In this document: positions 41,849-45,959 of the stretch, one piece after another
Numbering within the stretch: the first letter of the stretch is position 1
Layout: the number at the start of each line of letters is the position of its first letter
Virus record (IMG/VR): IMGVR_UViG_3300009528_000009
Length of the DNA stretch: 45,959 nucleotides
Origin: a virus
Direction: 5' to 3' (one strand)
Made by a program: the position numbers and the translations under genes
The notes under the pieces: generated by a model
Told to the model about the DNA's origin: nothing
Seen by the model: the letters and a program-made list of their open reading frames with translations, nothing else
The model's database searches: none

Positions 41849-41984
41849 AGCTCACACTTCCTCCAGTTCTGACCAACCTGATGGCATGGAGGCAATAATC
41901 GTCAGCAGCTTTTACTATGCCACTTAAGTCACCCCTAAATGACTTCAGGTGTCTTGGAAGTTTAGGGAACCTTCAAGTGTGAGC
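41849..41984. other. Multi-hairpin element closed by a 10-bp inverted repeat (GCTCACACTT / AAGTGTGAGC)
   Basis: The closing stem pairs 41849..41858 with 41975..41984. Inner hairpins are AAGTCA/TGACTT, CTTGGAAG/CTTCAAG and CCTCCA/TGGAGG. ATTGCAGC(N)CAC boxes lie at 41844 and 42007. Confidence 0.35.
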
Positions 41985-42002
41985 AAATTGTGAAACAGCG
42001 TT

Positions 42003-42037
42003 AAAAATTGCAGCCCACTCCCCACCCAGGAGCAGGC
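42003..42037 (-). terminator. Intrinsic terminator after the DUF669-like gene
   Basis: On the minus strand, GCCUGCUCC-UGGGUG-GGAGUGGGC forms 9 bp including 2 G:U pairs, followed by UGCAAUUUUU. Confidence 0.5.
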
Positions 42038-42051
42038 GTGTAACTAATCTA

Positions 42052-42471
42052 CTAATCTAACGGCATAAACCTCTTTATCTCATTTCGTATATCTCCTTGA
42101 TACTCTCTCTGTCCAACTACTGCCAGACACTCTAGTCCAATCAAATCAGCTCGTACTTCATTCAACCTATCAATCGCCTCTTGCAACGTCAATCCTTTTG
42201 GAAACTTCGTCTTTGTCGCACTAATCAATCCCTTCGTTTTCATCATCGCACCTGGACTCAACTTCGCATCTACCATAAGATTCGTCCACAGATGTCTCTG
42301 CTCATATTCCCCCTCAATGATTACAAAGTCTCCATTCCACATCTGTGTTCCAGTCGAGGCTGTAGTTGGATCCAACCCACTCACTCTCACAATATAAGTG
42401 TCTGGTGGCAGAGCACTAAACCCTCCTTCTGGAATATCATCCCAACCCATATCAACGTCTGTTTCAGGCAT
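42052..42471 (-). CDS. DUF669-like phage ssDNA-binding-type protein
   Basis: F.ALPPDTYIVRV...GTQMWNGDFVIIEGEYEQRHLW fits the pattern, and the gene lies next to a Sak4-like ATPase. Confidence 0.5.
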   Translation of the reverse strand: MPETDVDMGWDDIPEGGFSALPPDTYIVRVSGLDPTTASTGTQMWNGDFVIIEGEYEQRHLWTNLMVDAKLSPGAMMKTKGLISATKTKFPKGLTLQEAIDRLNEVRADLIGLECLAVVGQREYQGDIRNEIKRFMPLD

Positions 42472-42746
42472 TATATTTCACCTCCTTCTATACGTATGTT
42501 GTTACACATACAACATTGTGTTACTTTTCCATTAGCATAGGCATTAAGCAAGTTACATAGTTCATGTGTAGTGCAAAACAATTGAGCTTCGCTAACTATT
42601 TGTTCTCCGGCATGAACTATCCAGCCATTCTGAACTTTCACAATCTTACAGATAGGTGTAGGACTATACCATTCATTTTTTTCTTCACATCCTATTACTT
42701 TAGCTCGTTCTGTCTCACTTTTTGTTAGTCTTGGTGGTGTAAGCAT
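42471..42746 (-). CDS. Hypothetical protein (91 aa)
   Basis: ORF track entry with a GGGAGGTGAG RBS. Confidence 0.6.
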   Translation of the reverse strand: MLTPPRLTKSETERAKVIGCEEKNEWYSPTPICKIVKVQNGWIVHAGEQIVSEAQLFCTTHELCNLLNAYANGKVTQCCMCNNIRIEGGEI

Positions 42747-42937
42747 TACTTCTCACCTCCCTTTTCTATAGTAATTGTAAATCCATCTTTTATTCCCTCA
42801 CGTAACAATATTGCAGTTATTATATTTTTGACAGCATTAAATATTTCATCTATATAATAGCCACAGTCAGGTAGAGGGTCTAAAGGATGATCTATATAGA
42901 ATTCGTTATCCTTGCAATAAATTCTAATTTTTTCCAT
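42746..42937 (-). CDS. Hypothetical protein (63 aa)
   Basis: ORF track entry with an AAAGGAGAAGG RBS. Confidence 0.6.
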   Translation of the reverse strand: MEKIRIYCKDNEFYIDHPLDPLPDCGYYIDEIFNAVKNIITAILLREGIKDGFTITIEKGGEK

Positions 42938-43661
42938 TATCCTTCTCCTTTTTCAATCCTTCCAACAAGGCTGTAAAATCCTGTTTAATCATTCCTTTTA
43001 TGCCCAATCTCGACTTAGCAACATATATAGAAGTTGGCTCCGTTCTCCACTCATATCCTCCCATTCTACTAACTTCAGCATGATACATCTCATCAAACCT
43101 ATTAGTCAACTCATCTGGCAATGCCTTAGTATAGATAGATGGTTTGATTGGAGGCTCACCAGGCTTAAGCCCCACACCCTTAGTCTGTCCCTTAATTTGT
43201 ATCGGCTCACTCTTTTCCTTCTCATGTGCAGTTACCACTAAATGCCTGCCTAGCGAAGGAAACTTCCATATTAAACTACTCATATGTCCTGCAAACATTC
43301 CCCAGTGACCTATCGCCATTAACCCATCAGCATTTTGATTGAGAGCTAAGATATGATTCATAAGTATTCGTTGCACTCCTGTCAATGGATCAATAACATA
43401 GCTTGTATACTGCGGATGACTTACTTCCTGCTCAAGTTTACGCTTAAATGCCAACCAAGCAGTAGGTCGTTTAGCGTCTAAGTCCATATATGTATCGTAT
43501 GTAATGTCTTCGCCAGCAAGTGAGGCAGTACCACCTTCAAGGTCAAACAGATACACAGGCTTTGGCAATGTTCTTGCTGCATACGTCTTGCCTGTTCCTG
43601 ATGGCCCATAGATTAGGAACTTGCCTACGTAGTTACTGAAATCTATATCCTTAGTGTTCAT
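42924..43661 (-). CDS. Sak4-like / AAA_24-type RecA-fold ATPase
   Basis: FLIYGPSGTGKTY is the Walker A motif. VYLFDLEGG follows. Typical size. Confidence 0.6.
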   Translation of the reverse strand: MNTKDIDFSNYVGKFLIYGPSGTGKTYAARTLPKPVYLFDLEGGTASLAGEDITYDTYMDLDAKRPTAWLAFKRKLEQEVSHPQYTSYVIDPLTGVQRILMNHILALNQNADGLMAIGHWGMFAGHMSSLIWKFPSLGRHLVVTAHEKEKSEPIQIKGQTKGVGLKPGEPPIKPSIYTKALPDELTNRFDEMYHAEVSRMGGYEWRTEPTSIYVAKSRLGIKGMIKQDFTALLEGLKKEKDNGKN

Positions 43662-43733
43662 CCTTTTACCTTTCCCATTACCCACTTACTTATAAATAGA
43701 GCTACAATTAGTATGACAAAGAATATAGCTGCA

Positions 43734-44597
43734 TTACCCACTCTTTATCTCCTTCCCTGTCCTCGCATCCCACACACTCACCTCATACATCTCCATTGCT
43801 CCTTCTCCATACAAACACAACTGACGGAAGGGACACGCACCATAGTAGTTGCACATGGACTTATTCATTGGATAACTGTCGTGTTCAATCGCATACATAA
43901 TGTTACCAGCAATATCAACTACCTCCTTTCCAAAGTTATTCTGTTGTTCTACGGTGCGTGTCACTATGTCTCTCATAAAACTAGGAGCTTTTTTTCTGTG
44001 TACCAGTGGATTTGTTGATGTTGCTTCAGCAGTAGTTAATACTTCCTTTTTTGTACTAATCGCATCAATTAATACTCCTTCACACTTACCATATTTATCT
44101 TTACAAGCAACTGTATATCCATCTATCTGATGATTTAACTGAAACGTCTCAAAAAAGTAATATCCAAGAGTGCTAGTAGTTTTATGCTCCATAACATATA
44201 TAGTTTTGCCTTCCCACTTTATTATTGCATCCATCCTTGCTGCATACGTTACATCCTTACTAAGTTCTATCAAATGACTGCCATTACACTCAACTATTTC
44301 AAATGGATTAGTCACATACTCCTTCATATACTTCTCAAGTATCATAATGCCATGCTCCACAGTTCTCTTCTCACCATCAGCAATATCTTCAGGCTGATAC
44401 GCTTGCTTGAATGCCTCAATAGGATCATCCTTGATATAGAAAGCCTTAAGACCTAGATGCATAGCCTGACCAAACAACAGAGCTAGACTTTTTTGAATAG
44501 GAGTTAAGTTGCGTCTATGTCTCCAATACCAACGCATCCGGCAAGTTAGGAAGTCACTTATGGTTGTGTAGTCAAGAATTAACTTAGTTCCTGCCAT
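43734..44597 (-). CDS. PD-(D/E)XK nuclease, Cas4/RecB-exonuclease-like with C-terminal Cys cluster
   Basis: ARMDAII...YVMEHKTTS carries the D...E.K motif. There is an N-terminal Cys (FLTCRMRWYW) and a C-terminal CNYYGACPFRQLC. Confidence 0.65.
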   Translation of the reverse strand: MAGTKLILDYTTISDFLTCRMRWYWRHRRNLTPIQKSLALLFGQAMHLGLKAFYIKDDPIEAFKQAYQPEDIADGEKRTVEHGIMILEKYMKEYVTNPFEIVECNGSHLIELSKDVTYAARMDAIIKWEGKTIYVMEHKTTSTLGYYFFETFQLNHQIDGYTVACKDKYGKCEGVLIDAISTKKEVLTTAEATSTNPLVHRKKAPSFMRDIVTRTVEQQNNFGKEVVDIAGNIMYAIEHDSYPMNKSMCNYYGACPFRQLCLYGEGAMEMYEVSVWDARTGKEIKSG

Positions 44598-44796
44598 GCT
44601 TCATCACCTTCTCTAACTCCTTTATCATCAAACCTTTACTCTGTCTGTTATTGAGGGCTTGAGTAACACTAGACGATGCAGCCTCTTTTAGAAACATAGC
44701 TACAATCATCATTTCTGGTGAGTCAAATTCCAACTGCAACATCATCTTGTAAAACACAGTTGCTGTTTCTATGCACTGTTTGATAGTTTTATCCAT
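44584..44796 (-). CDS. Hypothetical protein (70 aa)
   Basis: The internal ATG follows GGTGAGGA. Confidence 0.55.
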   Translation of the reverse strand: MDKTIKQCIETATVFYKMMLQLEFDSPEMMIVAMFLKEAASSSVTQALNNRQSKGLMIKELEKVMKHGRN

Positions 44797-44807
44797 CTTG
44801 CTTTTCC

Positions 44808-45257
44808 TCACCTATCATTAACATCACCTGTATTTCTTCCTTTAGCATCAGGAGTCATGTCAACATTTTGGTATGGATCATCATTGCATTTTTTCAACTT
44901 CCATATCTGACCATGACCTGTATCCTCAACAAGTTCCCCTTCTGGCATCTCTAAGGGCTTCTTGCAAGCTAACTTCTCCAGTCCTCTCTTTTGAATCTCA
45001 TCAGATAATGCATGAATCCAATGGTAAACAGCCCAACTTTGTTCTTCCATATCAGAGAGTTCATTTTGAAAAGCCATTTGTGCTCCATCTCCTCTTGGCC
45101 CCCATATTGGATGATCTGCGTAACGGTACATATTGCCGAGCGCAACAGTTTTGTTTTCCATAAATCGGCACGTATTGAGGAGGTGATTATCTTTCATATC
45201 TTTGATAGCTACAGTTTCACCATCTCTAGTTGTCCACTTCAGTTCCTTTTTACTCAT
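44808..45257 (-). CDS. Hypothetical protein (149 aa)
   Basis: ORF track entry. Confidence 0.6.
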   Translation of the reverse strand: MSKKELKWTTRDGETVAIKDMKDNHLLNTCRFMENKTVALGNMYRYADHPIWGPRGDGAQMAFQNELSDMEEQSWAVYHWIHALSDEIQKRGLEKLACKKPLEMPEGELVEDTGHGQIWKLKKCNDDPYQNVDMTPDAKGRNTGDVNDR

Positions 45258-45352
45258 TTATTTACTTCCATGTAAATAAATAAAGCCACTACTTCAGCCT
45301 CAAGCTGAAACAGTGACTTCCTTTTTGCTCTCACTCCCAGTATTCTTTTCAT
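45254..45352 (-). CDS. Possible 32-aa leader ORF downstream of the promoter (or untranslated leader)
   Basis: AGGAG lies 9 nt before ATG 45352. The region also contains hairpins TTCAGC/GCTGAA and TTTATTTAC/GTAAATAAA. Confidence 0.3.
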   Translation of the reverse strand: MKRILGVRAKRKSLFQLEAEVVALFIYMEVNK

Positions 45353-45381
45353 GGGGCAAGACTCCTTATTACTATGATCTA

Positions 45382-45409
45382 AGTATATACTATTCAGCAA
45401 GTTTGTCAA
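45382..45409 (-). promoter_or_regulatory. Consensus sigma70-type promoter TTGACA-16-TATACT driving the leftward replication/lysis block
   Basis: TTGACA is the complement of 45404..45409 and TATACT the complement of 45382..45387. It lies inside the track ORF 45254..45469. Confidence 0.6.
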
Positions 45410-45571
45410 CCCCCTGTTGTAGAATGGCCATACAAGCACATCCTCACTGCAATCTGACTCATCAGTCATTATTGTGAATTTGTCAAATTGAAATGCATGT
45501 CAGTATTGTATCTACACATACCCTAGGGGGTATCAAATATCACCTTCTGTAACTCTGATACTGGTAGGTTC

Positions 45572-45658
45572 AAAAGTTCCGCTAATCTCCGTATACATTA
45601 AGCGGAGGGTCAAATCCAGAACTGTGTTAGCAATATACCCTCTTCCGTATTTTACGTA
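45572..45658. repeat. Right-hand copies of the junction-region motifs
   Basis: AAAAGTTCCGCTAA lies at 45572..45585, CTCCGTAT at 45587..45594 and TCCGTATTTTACGTA at 45644..45658. All have partners at 287..320. Confidence 0.8.
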
Positions 45659-45836
45659 GAGGGAGTCTCTTTCCTTGCCCTTTTCTATCTAACATACACT
45701 ACTAGTGCATCATAGCCATTTTATAACTTTACAAAATAAGCCCAATCTCTATAACACTGTCTAGTAAAGGCATATGGCAATTCTGTATCTCTCTATCCAT
45801 ACACATCTTCCCAATGGAGTAAATGTCTCCTAAACC

Positions 45837-45959
45837 CTTATGCTTACTACACCTTAGAAATAAAATATTGATTTGAAAGCCTCTATCCACAGTGGTCTCG
45901 GTAATGGAGTAAATTTGGGGTAAGTCTCTCTAAACATCTATGCCTAGTAGGTTGTGTCC
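45837..45959. repeat. Direct terminal repeat, right copy
   Basis: Identical to 1..123. Confidence 0.95.

Noticed and set aside
45728-45755. Plus-strand promoter-like TTTACA-16-TATAAC upstream of the right terminal repeat
   Set aside because: Both hexamers are imperfect and nothing recognisable lies downstream. It is kept only as a note.

Overview
The window is bounded by an identical 123-bp direct repeat (1..123 = 45837..45959). I read it as one complete tailed dsDNA phage genome of about 45.8 kb, either with short physical terminal repeats or as a circular assembly overlap. The host looks bacterial: near-consensus TTGACA-N16-TATA(A/C)T promoters, strong GGAGG ribosome-binding sites, an LAS/M15 peptidoglycan peptidase and a tmRNA-like RNA.

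Layout:
(i) About 0.9 kb of repeat-rich non-coding DNA spans the junction (45410..45959 plus 124..467).
(ii) A leftward block of very small early genes lies at 468..2898: an RHH protein, an ArdA-like protein, zinc ribbons and a membrane peptide.
(iii) A long rightward late block runs 3215..33429. It holds small terminase, a frame-disrupted large terminase, two beta-helix tailspike-like proteins, fibre-like proteins mixed with three GT-A glycosyltransferases and a SAM methyltransferase, a LamG repeat protein, portal, scaffold, major capsid, tail proteins and three internal or ejection-type proteins of 247, 716 and 1107 aa. It ends with a separately promoted metallophosphatase plus ATP-grasp-like unit.
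(iv) A leftward replication, recombination, nucleotide-metabolism and lysis block runs 45409..33392. It holds a Cas4-like nuclease, a Sak4-like ATPase, a DUF669 SSB-like protein, a signal-anchored M15 endolysin, a radical-SAM / deoxyribosyltransferase-like / DUF1599-like trio, an ERCC4 nuclease, a tmRNA-like RNA, a YkgJ Cys-cluster protein and a DUF3987-like ATPase.

No DNA polymerase, RNA polymerase, integrase, reverse transcriptase or CRISPR array was recognised.

Most notable observations:
- a 178-nt tmRNA-like RNA with tRNA-Ala acceptor identity (36065..36242, minus strand);
- a candidate radical-SAM nucleotide or DNA modification island (37903..39399);
- a prfB-like CUU-UAA-G +1 frame break in the large terminase (4939..4945);
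- a glycosylation and methylation cassette inside the fibre module (9771..13392);
- a lectin-like ORF with no start codon (8175..8447).

All functional calls come from motif recognition by eye. No database search was run.
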